60,413 nt of DNA from Candidatus Tenderia sp. (GTDB lineage: Bacteria; Pseudomonadota; Gammaproteobacteria; Tenderiales; Tenderiaceae): assembly GCA_031416075.1 (NCBI GenBank), contig JANOSY010000008.1:1-60413 (forward strand), written 5' to 3'. The position numbers and the translations under genes were made by a program. The notes beneath the pieces were generated by a model. It saw nothing but the letters and a program-made list of their open reading frames with translations. It was not told where the DNA came from and did no database searches. Below, in pieces: positions 43,772-53,584 of the stretch (positions are counted from its first letter, which is position 1; every line of letters begins with the position of its first letter).

Positions 43772-45562
43772 TCAATTAATCATTACCATCGCGCCCTTTA
43801 CCGTCGTCTGCCCCGAGGCAGAGAGCTCAGCAGAGGCGCTGCCCTTAGCAACAAAACCGATTTTTGCGGTGTGATTAACATTCATTCCCTCAACGGCCAC
43901 ATCTGCTTTTGAGGTCATACGAATTGTACCTACCGCATCAATCGTTACCTTGCCCTTGGCACTAATTTTAATATCCTTGGGACTATCAAGCACAATACCA
44001 TCCGGACCCAGCTCAACTTTATTATCATTCTGATCCTGCAACAGAATAGATTTATCCTTATCGCTGATAATAACTCTGTTATTTTCCGGCGTGGTCAATG
44101 TGATCACCTTATTTTCATCATCAAACTCCAGCTTTAAATTACTTTTAGTCACCAATGCTTTAATAAAATTATCCGCTGTTAATTCATATGGGGGCTTGCG
44201 GCTACTACTATAAAGACTACCCAGTATTACAGGACTAGAGGGATCGTTATTAAAATAGCCCAATACAACCTCATCACCAATCTCCGGCACAAAAAAAGCA
44301 CCTATACCAAGTGAACCATAAAAACTCAATAACCGCGCCCATACTCCTTCCGTTGTCGCCTGCATAACCGGCACGGTCACCTGTACTTTGTACTGCCCGT
44401 CAGGGTCTTCATCGAGTTTTTTAACCACCCCTATCTGTAAACCCTCAACACCTGGCAAAATACCAGCCGCCGCCGGAGCAACCACATCAGGCTGGTCAGT
44501 TAACCACTCTGGAGACATGCCAAATTCAGCCTCAGTAATCCAATTTCCATTGGCAATTTCATGCTTGACTGCCGTGGTAAAAACAGCCCCATTAAATCGC
44601 TTGCCAACCCCCTCCAGTTCAATCAAGGATCCTGGCAATGCCTTGGCACTGCCTTGAAATTTCATACGGCCACAAATACGCGACAGGCCTGCTTTAAGCT
44701 GCTGACCACCCGCCCACTGCTTAAGTGCCGCTTTATCCATCGGCGCAACGGTTTGAAGACGGAACGATTTCAGATCAATAACTCCGGCCAATGTGGCCGA
44801 GTCAAGATCTCCTTGTTCATTAAGCGTTGCTGGACCAACCGGCTCTTCAATCACCGCTTGAGTTTTTACATCCCATGAGACTCCCTTCACTTCAGCAAGC
44901 TGATGTCGGGAATCCAGATCGGCTTGAAACTCAATCAGGTCAGCGCCATAGGTAACTTTAAGCTCTGCGGCAATACTCATCTGTGGTGGCTTAACAGTCA
45001 CCTTACCTGCAGCCACACTTACCAACAGACCATTCACTTCAGCGCGCGACAACATGAAATCCCAATCGGTACAGTAATACTGCACCAGCTCTTTATACTC
45101 AATCGTGGTTGCCTCCACATCAGTGGTAAGACCGGCATAATTTGAGATCAGAGCAGTGATAACGTCACTATCTTTTGAATCAATATAATTGGCATTTTTG
45201 CGCCCCACCGTCATTGCTACCGCCTTATCACGGCACTCTATTACCAGACGAGACTCATTATCCCCCAATACTTTAATGCCATGTTTAATCACTACACCTT
45301 CAAAAATGGTATTTTCATCCGCATCGTAACCGGCGTTAATTTTGATAGCTGCACCTGGTTTAAACGTATCTTCATTGCTAAGCGGAAAATCCTGACCAGG
45401 CATATCACCATCCAAAACCACAATTTTAGCGGATGGAATTTTATTTAATATATTTTTAACTGAAACAGAGACAATCTGGATCGTCTCATCCAGTTGCTGT
45501 CCATCACTAAAAAGCGTTAACTTAATAGCACCACTGCTACCAACGCTGGGAGAGTCGGCCAT
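43772..45562 (-). CDS. vgrG: VgrG-like central spike (Afp8-like)
   Basis: QYYCTDWDFMLSRAE, GLQIGVV...DP, WARL...G.FFVPEIGDEV..G...DP..PVILGSLY, terminal KGAMVMIN. Confidence 0.93.
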   Translation of the reverse strand: MADSPSVGSSGAIKLTLFSDGQQLDETIQIVSVSVKNILNKIPSAKIVVLDGDMPGQDFPLSNEDTFKPGAAIKINAGYDADENTIFEGVVIKHGIKVLGDNESRLVIECRDKAVAMTVGRKNANYIDSKDSDVITALISNYAGLTTDVEATTIEYKELVQYYCTDWDFMLSRAEVNGLLVSVAAGKVTVKPPQMSIAAELKVTYGADLIEFQADLDSRHQLAEVKGVSWDVKTQAVIEEPVGPATLNEQGDLDSATLAGVIDLKSFRLQTVAPMDKAALKQWAGGQQLKAGLSRICGRMKFQGSAKALPGSLIELEGVGKRFNGAVFTTAVKHEIANGNWITEAEFGMSPEWLTDQPDVVAPAAAGILPGVEGLQIGVVKKLDEDPDGQYKVQVTVPVMQATTEGVWARLLSFYGSLGIGAFFVPEIGDEVVLGYFNNDPSSPVILGSLYSSSRKPPYELTADNFIKALVTKSNLKLEFDDENKVITLTTPENNRVIISDKDKSILLQDQNDNKVELGPDGIVLDSPKDIKISAKGKVTIDAVGTIRMTSKADVAVEGMNVNHTAKIGFVAKGSASAELSASGQTTVKGAMVMIN

Positions 45563-45565
45563 ACA

Positions 45566-46261
45566 TTACCTCAGCGGTGGAAAGTGGAGCTTAAGCCCCG
45601 GCGTAAGATTACGGAAATTAGTGAGACTATTCGCACGTGCCACTTCCAAATAATAAGAGCTGTCTTTATATATTCGATAACAGAGTAGTGGCAATGTATC
45701 CCCTGCCTTCACTTCAACGATATGACTAAGATCCGGTGATGAGCGATTGGCCCTAAGCGCCTCCTCCTCCTTAGTGATAAAGGCAACAAAAGAGAGCTTC
45801 AACTTTGCACGTAACGGTTCACCACTCGGTTTAAAAAGGGTGTATTCGATAGACATCGACTCAAGGCGACCAAAAAATATCAAACTACCCCATAAAAGAC
45901 GAACAGGGTCAGGCTGATGGTCAGAGCCATCATAGGTATAGATGATGTCGCTAAGCTGTTTAATCTGGGTTTTAACATCAGGGGAGCCTACACCAGGGAT
46001 CGGTAAATTCACCACCCCGGTACCATCAATCACAATGTCAAAGCTGATTTTCTCGGGATTAATTGCATCAAACTTCGAATCCGAACCCAACTGCCCCAAC
46101 GCTTTACTTTTACTGTAACTTACAGTGTGCTGATGGTTATAACTGGCAGGATTAAGCATCACATCAAACTTATCACTCTCTACCGTTAAACTGCCATCGC
46201 TCTCAATCGTGCATGGAGAGATAGAGAGTTTCTTTTTTAATCCAGTGCTTAATCCAGCCAT
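45566..46261 (-). CDS. eCIS tube initiator with C-terminal LysM (Afp7-like)
   Basis: MLNPASY, LLWGSL.F.G.L......YTLF...GEPLRA, SPDLSH..EVKAGDTLPLLC. Confidence 0.9.
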   Translation of the reverse strand: MAGLSTGLKKKLSISPCTIESDGSLTVESDKFDVMLNPASYNHQHTVSYSKSKALGQLGSDSKFDAINPEKISFDIVIDGTGVVNLPIPGVGSPDVKTQIKQLSDIIYTYDGSDHQPDPVRLLWGSLIFFGRLESMSIEYTLFKPSGEPLRAKLKLSFVAFITKEEEALRANRSSPDLSHIVEVKAGDTLPLLCYRIYKDSSYYLEVARANSLTNFRNLTPGLKLHFPPLR

Positions 46262-46432
46262 TTATCGCTCACGGGCCTCCGCCATCACATTGGCAATCAG
46301 ACGCTGACACTCTTCCAAAATACTCTGCTTTAACGCATCCAGATCAGCCACATCGAATGCTTGCCGCACCTGCGACTCTGAAACACTCTGAACCGTAGAT
46401 TTAATCACCAGCTGCCTAACCTCAATCGTCAT
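46262..46432 (-). CDS. eCIS spike plug (Afp6/DUF5908-like, 56 aa)
   Basis: Read manually: MTIEVRQLVIKSTV...LKQSILEECQRLIANVMAEARER*; canonical position between tube and initiator genes. Confidence 0.85.
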   Translation of the reverse strand: MTIEVRQLVIKSTVQSVSESQVRQAFDVADLDALKQSILEECQRLIANVMAEARER

Positions 46433-46437
46433 GATAG

Positions 46438-46911
46438 TTAAATAATCCTGTTTGAATAGTTATAACTGAGTTCAATTTTCTCAATAGCCACTTCGTTTTT
46501 AGTCGAATTAAAAGCGTCTACTTCCCAATTAACCGGATAGGCATTTGCAAACGACCAGGCACGAATCGGGATTCCATTTTCATTCAGAAGAAACACCAAA
46601 ATGGGCATCGGCACAATGGGGATAATAAATCCCGCTTCCATCACAGAACGACACCAGATTACCAATGGTGAACTCATTTTTGCGATACCACGTTTTAGCA
46701 CTAACTTGGGGTGTTTAATGCCTTTGGGCAACCGATGCACATAACGGTTTTCACCACCCTCGACCACATCCTCTGTCTCAACCTCTGAACCAATACCAGA
46801 AACCTCCTGAAATGAGGTATCTGTCATACCCGCTGTTGCAGAAAAGACCACTTTAAAATGAAAAGCGGCGGGTTGATAACCATCAGATTTTAAAATATTC
46901 AGATCAACCAT
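46438..46911 (-). CDS. Tail tube protein, gp19 family (Afp5-like)
   Basis: FQEVSGI, EGGENRYVHRLP, LVLKRG, WSFANAYPV.W, AIEKIELSY. Confidence 0.93.
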   Translation of the reverse strand: MVDLNILKSDGYQPAAFHFKVVFSATAGMTDTSFQEVSGIGSEVETEDVVEGGENRYVHRLPKGIKHPKLVLKRGIAKMSSPLVIWCRSVMEAGFIIPIVPMPILVFLLNENGIPIRAWSFANAYPVNWEVDAFNSTKNEVAIEKIELSYNYSNRII

Positions 46912-46928
46912 AAAATTTTCACCATAAC

Positions 46929-46971
46929 GCTATCCCTGAGCGAGGGGGATAGCACCACTCTCTCAGGGATA
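46929..46971 (-). other. Overlapping alternative RNA hairpins between the two tube genes
   Basis: GCTATCCC(46929)/GGGATAGC(46946) and TATCCCTGAG(46931)/CTCAGGGATA(46962) share one arm. Confidence 0.45.
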
Positions 46972-46982
46972 ATCAAACATTA

Positions 46983-47441
46983 TCAGGCATTATCGATAAT
47001 GATGCCCTCATGGGCGATTTCGATTGACTCGATCGCCACTTCATTTGAATCCGACTTCAAGTCAGTGCCTGTGATTTTTGTTGGCCACGCATTGGCCAAT
47101 GTCCAGACCATCGTGGGGGCACCCGCCTCATCCAGCAAACTAATAGTGACTGGCACACGCTTAACGGTATTCATCTTTACCTGACTAAACCAGGTCCAGA
47201 ACTTGTTATCCGATTTATAGACACCTTTTTTCATAGTGACATTGCTGGATTTTTTAATGCCTGGCATCTTGATCGTAGAGAACTCTGGACTATCCCCATG
47301 CCGGTATTCAATCGGCTGCGCCTCGATATCAAGACCCGATATCTCTTGGAAAGACATAACTTCTGAATCCCATTTCACCTGGAAATAGAATTTTGGCATG
47401 GGCCATACATTTGCAGATTGTGCTGAACCGTCATCGGCCAT
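46983..47441 (-). CDS. Major tail tube protein, gp19 family (Afp1-like)
   Basis: WPMPKFYFQV.W, FQEISGL, IEYRHG, KMPG, W.LANAWP.K, EVAIE..EIAHEG. Confidence 0.95.
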   Translation of the reverse strand: MADDGSAQSANVWPMPKFYFQVKWDSEVMSFQEISGLDIEAQPIEYRHGDSPEFSTIKMPGIKKSSNVTMKKGVYKSDNKFWTWFSQVKMNTVKRVPVTISLLDEAGAPTMVWTLANAWPTKITGTDLKSDSNEVAIESIEIAHEGIIIDNA

Positions 47442-47496
47442 AATAGATCTCCCTTATTTAAAAATAAACTTTCTGAAGCAAATGGTAAAACACTAT

Positions 47497-47515
47497 GGGG
47501 GCTACACTAGCCCCC
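47497..47515. terminator. Hairpin between sheath and tube genes
   Basis: GGGGGCTA-CAC-TAGCCCCC perfect stem. Confidence 0.5.
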
Positions 47516-47519
47516 TAAC

Positions 47520-49046
47520 TTATGATTTCTGCATCTGTTGCTGGAATGTGATCTCGATGAACTCAGCCGGACGAGAGATGGCCACCAACACAGTGATATT
47601 CAATATTCCTTCAAGAATGTCTTCTGAAGTCATCGTCTCGCCTAACCCCACATGCACACTAAAAGCATCATCCGGGCTTGCACCGGCTAAACCACCACGC
47701 TTCCAGATACCGGTAAGGAAATTGCGAATCATACTCTTCATGGTTACCCATGTATTGGCATTATTAGGCTCAAACACGTACGCCTTTGAAGCCAGTTTGA
47801 TGGACTCTTCCAACATGATCATAGTACGACGCACATTAATATAGCGCCAATCCAGACTATTACCATCCAGTGTTCGCGCGCCCCAAACCAGCGTCCCTTC
47901 ACCGATAAATGAACGAATAGCATTCACCGATTTACCTTGAGTACTGACATTCAGATTTTCTTGTTCTTCATGAGAGATGCTTACTGCCGGCGAGATAACA
48001 CCATTAAGGCTCACATTGGCCGGCGCTTTCCAAACACCTCGCGCATTATCAACCATGGTATAGACTCCTGCCATCGCTGCACTCGGTGGTAACAGGTTAA
48101 GCTGCGCTTTCATCTCAGTCACAACCGTTTTATACAGCGGACTCATAACAGAGAGAATTTTTTTAATCTCACTCGGTGCCAGGCTACCTGGCTTTATCGC
48201 ATCGCCATCCGCCGGCTTATCTGCTATTTCAGCAATAATCTCTTTAAGCTCACTCTTTTTTGCATCAGGCACCAGTGGATTGGTATCAACATCCGCCTCA
48301 AGCATCGTCTTAAACGCAGCAATATCTGTCATATTGTCGTAGGACAACTCTGAATCCTGCACTACCGAGGTATTGATCCAGGGATAGTACGCCGCACCAT
48401 AATCCAGATTATTGGTGCCCAGCTTACTTCTGAATACCTCAACACATCCATCTTTACCCTTGGACTCTTTAGAACCACCATGGATATCGAGCACCGCAAA
48501 GCGGTTTCTCATCGTGATGCCACAGTGGCTTAATGAGGCCTGCTGTACAGCAATGCAATCATCCAGTGCCAACTGAACCGCTTCAGGAATCACCACCATG
48601 GTAGGTTCCTGTTCTTTCTTAAGCGCCTCTATCCCGCCCATCAAACTTGGCGAGGCAATATCATCACCATAGTTTCCGACAGAGACGATATAGCAGGGGC
48701 CACCACCATTCTGGAAAAATGACAACATACTAAAATAAAGAATGTACTCTCCTCCATCACGTGCCAACAGATACTCTTTTTTCTCTAGCGTAAACGCTGA
48801 TTCATCAGCCGAGTCCGCACCCTTCTCTGCAATTGTAAAAAGCGCCTTAGGTGCACCACCAAAATAACTGCGAAACTTAGCCATAGAGGTGATCCGCCAT
48901 GGCTTGTTACGCAAGGTTTTGCCTTTGTTGTCAGCACGCTCTGTATAACCAACAAATGCTGGAACAGCTGTTGCCACCTCAACAACAGAGTTTGGAAAAG
49001 CGCTTTTCTCTACGATATAAACGCCTGGTGTTTTCATTGCTCCCAT
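47520..49046 (-). CDS. Contractile tail sheath protein (Afp2/3/4-like)
   Basis: KTPGVYIVE, TAVPAFVGYTE, AAYYPW, RGVWKAPAN, WGARTL, WRYINVRR, RPAEFI. Confidence 0.96.
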   Translation of the reverse strand: MGAMKTPGVYIVEKSAFPNSVVEVATAVPAFVGYTERADNKGKTLRNKPWRITSMAKFRSYFGGAPKALFTIAEKGADSADESAFTLEKKEYLLARDGGEYILYFSMLSFFQNGGGPCYIVSVGNYGDDIASPSLMGGIEALKKEQEPTMVVIPEAVQLALDDCIAVQQASLSHCGITMRNRFAVLDIHGGSKESKGKDGCVEVFRSKLGTNNLDYGAAYYPWINTSVVQDSELSYDNMTDIAAFKTMLEADVDTNPLVPDAKKSELKEIIAEIADKPADGDAIKPGSLAPSEIKKILSVMSPLYKTVVTEMKAQLNLLPPSAAMAGVYTMVDNARGVWKAPANVSLNGVISPAVSISHEEQENLNVSTQGKSVNAIRSFIGEGTLVWGARTLDGNSLDWRYINVRRTMIMLEESIKLASKAYVFEPNNANTWVTMKSMIRNFLTGIWKRGGLAGASPDDAFSVHVGLGETMTSEDILEGILNITVLVAISRPAEFIEITFQQQMQKS

Positions 49047-49058
49047 AATTTTTCCCTC

Positions 49059-50006
49059 TTAGCAGTTAACATAAATTTCCGACACTACCACATCATTTCC
49101 CTCTACAACATCTCTATTGCTACCATTCACAGAAGCCACCGGCAGCTGCTTAACCAGCATATCCCCACCGTTACGTCCCAACCGTTTTAACTGTAATCGC
49201 ACAGCTGGCCATTTTTGCATGGGCAGCGGTTTTTTTGATCTAAACGTGATGGCACGCTGCTTATCCGACAGCCACTCTTCACCCACATGCTCAAACTCAA
49301 CCTGCTTCTCAGGATCTGAAATACTAAGCTCCTCGGCACGGTAATCACCCAGAATATAATACTTCCAGAAACTGGTTTTTGTATCAAAATTCAGTAGGTA
49401 TTGCCTATATTGAGGTTGCATCTCCGCGTCAAATAGCGCACCACGTGTCACCGATGAAGAGAGCACCATATTGATTAAAGCAACAGGGCGTGACAACCGC
49501 TGCCGTTCATCAGAGAACCCAGACAAAGGCAACGTATCAAGGGTATAAAAGCGATAGTACTTTCTGGCCTGATTAAGTTTCTTTACGTCCTTGGGACCCT
49601 TAAAACCAGCAATTCGTCTAAAGTCTTGGCCCATTACAAACGGATCTTGATGCAGCCTCAGCATTCCATCTTGATGAGAGACCACCCGACTGTTATCAAA
49701 GTAGAGCATCGCATCTTTTCGATAGGTCGTCGGCTCTGTATAACTACCAAAGGCAGGATCATCGACATAGAGACAAAACCCAAGCAATAACAATTCCGGG
49801 CCGTTTTTTATCTGATCTTGAAGCAGTTCTAACTGCGCATCATTATAAAAAATAGCAACACCGCCTTCCACTTGGCGCACCATCAGATCAAAATTTCCCA
49901 TCAATCTGGCACTCTGAACGTTGGGTACCCACTTGAGCCCCGGCACTTTTCCATCCACAAAGTATGAGTGGTTAAGGAATACACTAAAAAGAGGGTAATA
50001 AGCCAT
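49059..50006 (-). CDS. eCIS-associated hypothetical protein (possible cap adaptor)
   Basis: Tightly coupled between the DUF4255 and sheath genes; Y.PLF.V...H.YF start and T.WKYY motif. Function inferred from position only. Confidence 0.6.
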   Translation of the reverse strand: MAYYPLFSVFLNHSYFVDGKVPGLKWVPNVQSARLMGNFDLMVRQVEGGVAIFYNDAQLELLQDQIKNGPELLLLGFCLYVDDPAFGSYTEPTTYRKDAMLYFDNSRVVSHQDGMLRLHQDPFVMGQDFRRIAGFKGPKDVKKLNQARKYYRFYTLDTLPLSGFSDERQRLSRPVALINMVLSSSVTRGALFDAEMQPQYRQYLLNFDTKTSFWKYYILGDYRAEELSISDPEKQVEFEHVGEEWLSDKQRAITFRSKKPLPMQKWPAVRLQLKRLGRNGGDMLVKQLPVASVNGSNRDVVEGNDVVVSEIYVNC

Positions 50007-50010
50007 TTTA

Positions 50011-50583
50011 TTATTTCAATAAAGTTTCCGGTTTCCGCAGTGTGGCCACCCGCTCTTTAACAGAACCCGAATCAAACGCCACCATCCGAACTTTATAAAG
50101 AATAGAGGGTAGGTATCTACCACTCATGATCCCCCACAGGTTACTCAACTCCTGAAAACTCATATTTTCAATATCCAATACCAATCTATCTATGCGCCTA
50201 TCCAGGTCTGGGGTATTCAAATGGTCAAAACTCGGCTGTCCTTGGAAATAGCTGATAGTGCTCGAAATAAACTTCAGCGCCTCAGGATAATTACTGCCAC
50301 TGAAACATGCCGATACCAATAGATAGATATTAAAATAGAGAGGGGGGGCATTAATAACAGCCCTGTTTTGCAAGGCGTTAGAGGTTGCTGACTGACGAAG
50401 GGGCGTGGTCTCTTTTTCAAGATTAACCAGCGAGATAACTACTTTATTATTAACATCGGCAACAACAGTGCCATCCTGCTCCAGAAGGTTGGATATCACC
50501 ACAATATCCTCAGGCAGATCAAACGACCTTTTCAGATTTTGATTCAGCTGACTGGCAATGTGGCTGATGGCTGAATCGATCAT
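50011..50583 (-). CDS. DUF4255/Afp16-like tube-sheath cap protein
   Basis: ISLVNLEKE, PLYFNIYLL, Y.EALK.IS..I.YFQ, LWG.MSG.YLPS..YKVR; first gene of the operon. Confidence 0.88.
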   Translation of the reverse strand: MIDSAISHIASQLNQNLKRSFDLPEDIVVISNLLEQDGTVVADVNNKVVISLVNLEKETTPLRQSATSNALQNRAVINAPPLYFNIYLLVSACFSGSNYPEALKFISSTISYFQGQPSFDHLNTPDLDRRIDRLVLDIENMSFQELSNLWGIMSGRYLPSILYKVRMVAFDSGSVKERVATLRKPETLLK

Positions 50584-50624
50584 AATCGTATCTGGCTCTC
50601 CCGGCCTAAAAAACTACAAAATTT

Positions 50625-50636
50625 ACCACTACCGCC
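50625..50636 (-). promoter_or_regulatory. ops-like (RfaH-loading) element in the eCIS leader
   Basis: Minus strand GGCGGTAGTGGT about 45 nt before the first start codon; Afp/PVC operons are known RfaH-family targets. Confidence 0.6.
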
Positions 50637-50793
50637 ATACCAACCGCTCTGAGAAAACGGCTGCACACCACAACGGGCTCAAGACACCTATACACCTTTA
50701 ACCAGCCCATGCCATAAAAAGCCTGCGGTTGCACCTGTGGCTTTTACCTATAAAAACAGGGATAGATTACCGATCAGAGATACATAGCGTGAG

Positions 50794-50823
50794 AGTATAG
50801 GACAGTGTGTTACAGATTGTAAA
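50794..50823 (-). promoter_or_regulatory. Possible sigma70/sigmaS promoter of the eCIS operon
   Basis: Minus strand TTTACA-N18-TATACT. Confidence 0.3.
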
Positions 50824-51010
50824 CTTAACAGGGAAAGAGACAAAAATTGTCACCTCACTCCATCATTGCACCAAAATCGTGCTGGCCAACCGGTTAAATC
50901 AACAACGATCCCAGCAGATGGCAACTTATACCTTAAACAGCCAAACACCGAGAACGGAGTATTGCCAAAAATACCAAGGGAGGTTATTCAAATACACTAA
51001 ACACAAACAG

Positions 51011-51043
51011 AAAAACCGGAAAGCCACGATAGCGTCCCGGCTT
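51011..51043 (-). terminator. Rho-independent terminator after the MCP
   Basis: AAGCCGGGACGC-loop-GCTTTCCGGTTT followed by a T-rich run on the minus strand. Confidence 0.6.
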
Positions 51044-51066
51044 ATTGGGCACTTATTTGAGTACAG

Positions 51067-52938
51067 TTAAACTTTAAAATGGGCAACCAATTGCTGTAAC
51101 TCAGCAGCCAACTGAGCCAACTCATCACTACTTGCTGCGGTCTTTTCTGCAGCGGCGGCAGAAAAACCGGCCAGATCATTAACACTCACAATATTCTTAT
51201 TGACCTCTTCTGATACGGCGCTCTGCTCTTCCGCCGCCGCCGCTATCTGCTCATTCATTGAAACAATCGTACCTACTGCAGCAGTAATCGTGATCAATGC
51301 CTGCTCCGCATTACCTGCTTTCTCCATGCTCTCTTGCGCTGCGGCATGGCCACCCGCCATCGTTTTTACGGCATTGGCCGCACTCGATTGAAGTCGCTCA
51401 ACAATCTTACGAATCTCCAACGTTGAGGCCTGTGTCCGACTCGCCAAACTACGCACCTCATCAGCAACCACAGCAAAACCACGCCCCATCTCGCCGGCAC
51501 GGGCCGCTTCAATAGCCGCATTCAACGCCAACAGATTGGTCTGTTCCGCAATATCACGTATGACACCCAAGACCGTTCCAACACTCGTGGCATCGGCCTC
51601 AAGCGTGCCAATCACATGGCTTGCCCGCTCAACCTCCAGCGCAAGATGTTTCATGGCCTTAATGGATTCACTCACAATGTTACGTCCTTGAGAAGCGACC
51701 TCATCAGCCTCCTGTGCTGCCGCAGCAGCAGTTGTGGCATTGTTTGCAACATCAGCGGCGGTCGCTGACATTTCGTTCACTGCAGCGGCCATTTGATTGC
51801 TCTCATGTTGCTGCTGGTTGGCCGCATTCCGGGTCTCTTCAGTCACCGCCGCCAATTTTTTAGCCGCTGCGGCCAATGCCACTGAATTACTAGAAATGGA
51901 CGTCACTTGATCACGTAGCTTTTGCACTAACGTTGCTAGCGCACCGCCAAACATTACAAGCTCACTAAGCCCGCTGCTCTCCACGTTAATACTCAAATCA
52001 CCTTCAGCCGTCTGTCCCATCTGACTTAACAACACTTTCATAGGTGCAAATAGATGGCGTGATAACAACCAAAGACTAATGCCTATACAAACCAACATAA
52101 GAATAATAAAAGCTACAACAATAAGGGTACGAGTCTTAGAGAGGTCATCATAAAAGCCTTGCATATCCTCTAGCATAACCAGCTTGAGCATAGGCTCCTC
52201 TTCAGACGACATCAGCTCATACTCAATGGGAAGGGTAGTGGGACTCTGCTTCTCTTTCCACCCTTCACTCTGGAAAATCTGTTTCCCGCCATTGTCCAAA
52301 ATAGTCAACGGAAGATTAATAATATCTGCCACATCCACCAGGTTATGGGCTGGATTTACTACCAACTCAAGATAACCATTCACAGCCAAACCACCCAAAG
52401 GGGTCAACACAGAAAACATCGCCCCCTGTTCTGACATCCAGAGTGTGCTTAAAGCTTTGAGTCGATCAGAGCCTTCCCGAGGCTGAGCCTTATCAAGTAT
52501 CAATTTTGGCAGCCCCGCAGGTAAACCCACAGCACCTTCCTGGCTCTCCATTATCAGATTAAAATTGAGGTCATATGCCCGCAACTTCTTTACATCTAAA
52601 ATACCTGCTGTCACAAAACGTTGATGGAACTGTTGATTCAATGCTGTTGCCAACTCGTTTTTAGCCGTCTCATCCGAAGAGTCACGAACAAACACTGAGA
52701 ACGGCGAACTCACCTCACTCTTGGCACCACGTCCCATATCCAACACATTAGCCTCCAACACATCCATGGACTGCCGCGCCGAAAGTGCCACAATACGAGA
52801 CAACGTCTGTTCCTGGGACAAAAGGGCTGCATCCCTGAACAGGGATGCACTAATCACTGATAACGAAATGGCACATACACCCAAAAATACCAGCAGGGTT
52901 ACAGTAAGTTGTTTGATTGAAATATGACCGCTCGACAT
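51067..52938 (-). CDS. Methyl-accepting chemotaxis protein
   Basis: Two TMs, [41 protein letters not shown]. Confidence 0.95.
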   Translation of the reverse strand: MSSGHISIKQLTVTLLVFLGVCAISLSVISASLFRDAALLSQEQTLSRIVALSARQSMDVLEANVLDMGRGAKSEVSSPFSVFVRDSSDETAKNELATALNQQFHQRFVTAGILDVKKLRAYDLNFNLIMESQEGAVGLPAGLPKLILDKAQPREGSDRLKALSTLWMSEQGAMFSVLTPLGGLAVNGYLELVVNPAHNLVDVADIINLPLTILDNGGKQIFQSEGWKEKQSPTTLPIEYELMSSEEEPMLKLVMLEDMQGFYDDLSKTRTLIVVAFIILMLVCIGISLWLLSRHLFAPMKVLLSQMGQTAEGDLSINVESSGLSELVMFGGALATLVQKLRDQVTSISSNSVALAAAAKKLAAVTEETRNAANQQQHESNQMAAAVNEMSATAADVANNATTAAAAAQEADEVASQGRNIVSESIKAMKHLALEVERASHVIGTLEADATSVGTVLGVIRDIAEQTNLLALNAAIEAARAGEMGRGFAVVADEVRSLASRTQASTLEIRKIVERLQSSAANAVKTMAGGHAAAQESMEKAGNAEQALITITAAVGTIVSMNEQIAAAAEEQSAVSEEVNKNIVSVNDLAGFSAAAAEKTAASSDELAQLAAELQQLVAHFKV

Positions 52939-52970
52939 AATCCCTGTTTTCCTTAAACGTCCATCTCCTA

Positions 52971-52997
52971 CCCCCCCCTCATAGATAGAGGAGGGGG
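52971..52997. other. Intergenic hairpin between rhodanese and MCP genes
   Basis: CCCCCCCCTC-ATAGATA-GAGGAGGGGG. Confidence 0.4.
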
Positions 52998-53019
52998 AAA
53001 TACCATCCTGCCAACTTAT

Positions 53020-53445
53020 CTACTTGGCAACAGGAAAACCCTTAGCAGTCCACTCCTCCCAGCCGCCTCTGAACCAATAAATTTTGCTGTAACCGGCACC
53101 CGCTGCCACTTTGGCAGAGTTAACACTGCGGCCACACTTAACCCCATTGCAATAAAACACCACCGGGGCCGCTTTATTAGGGGCAACCTTTGCCAAACTG
53201 TCCGCGGTGGTATCGGTATCAACCAGTGCCACAGAGCCTTCAATATATCCCTTTGCCCTATCGCTTGGTTTGCGAGCATCAATCATGATCAGATTAGAAT
53301 GTTTCTGCACCAGATCAATCAACTGCTCTGCTGATACTTTTGTGGTTCCAGGAACAGTATCAGGCACATCTTCTGCCGCATATACAGACGATGCCATCGC
53401 TATAGAAAAAGCAATTGTTAACAGACTTTTAAACAGTACTCTCAT
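53020..53445 (-). CDS. Periplasmic rhodanese-like protein
   Basis: Signal peptide (VYA|AED), IDAR....R..GYI.GS, FYCNGVKCGRS, YWFRGGWEEW. Confidence 0.88.
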   Translation of the reverse strand: MRVLFKSLLTIAFSIAMASSVYAAEDVPDTVPGTTKVSAEQLIDLVQKHSNLIMIDARKPSDRAKGYIEGSVALVDTDTTADSLAKVAPNKAAPVVFYCNGVKCGRSVNSAKVAAGAGYSKIYWFRGGWEEWTAKGFPVAK

Positions 53446-53505
53446 TTTTTATGCATCCTTAAAATTAACGTTAATAAAAAGACAGAACATCTCTTTCACA
53501 ACCAG

Positions 53506-53532
53506 ATATCGACGCCTTCGAATCAATCTTTA
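53506..53532 (-). promoter_or_regulatory. Sigma28 (FliA) promoter for rhodanese-MCP
   Basis: Minus strand TAAA-N15-GTCGATAT (consensus TAAA-N15-GCCGATAA). Confidence 0.65.
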
Positions 53533-53584
53533 CCTGTTTACACGTAGTTTAAAAAATATTTTGTCTAAAAATGATACCGATAAA

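Noticed and set aside
45217-45224. GGCGGTAG inside vgrG (also 6964 in hsdM and 15545 antisense)
   Set aside because: Within coding sequence and explainable by codons or chance; not counted as ops sites.
29970-50583. Prophage or canonical T6SS
   Set aside because: No capsid, terminase, portal or integrase, and no TssJ/L/M, TssK or ClpV. Gene set and order match Afp/PVC-type eCIS.
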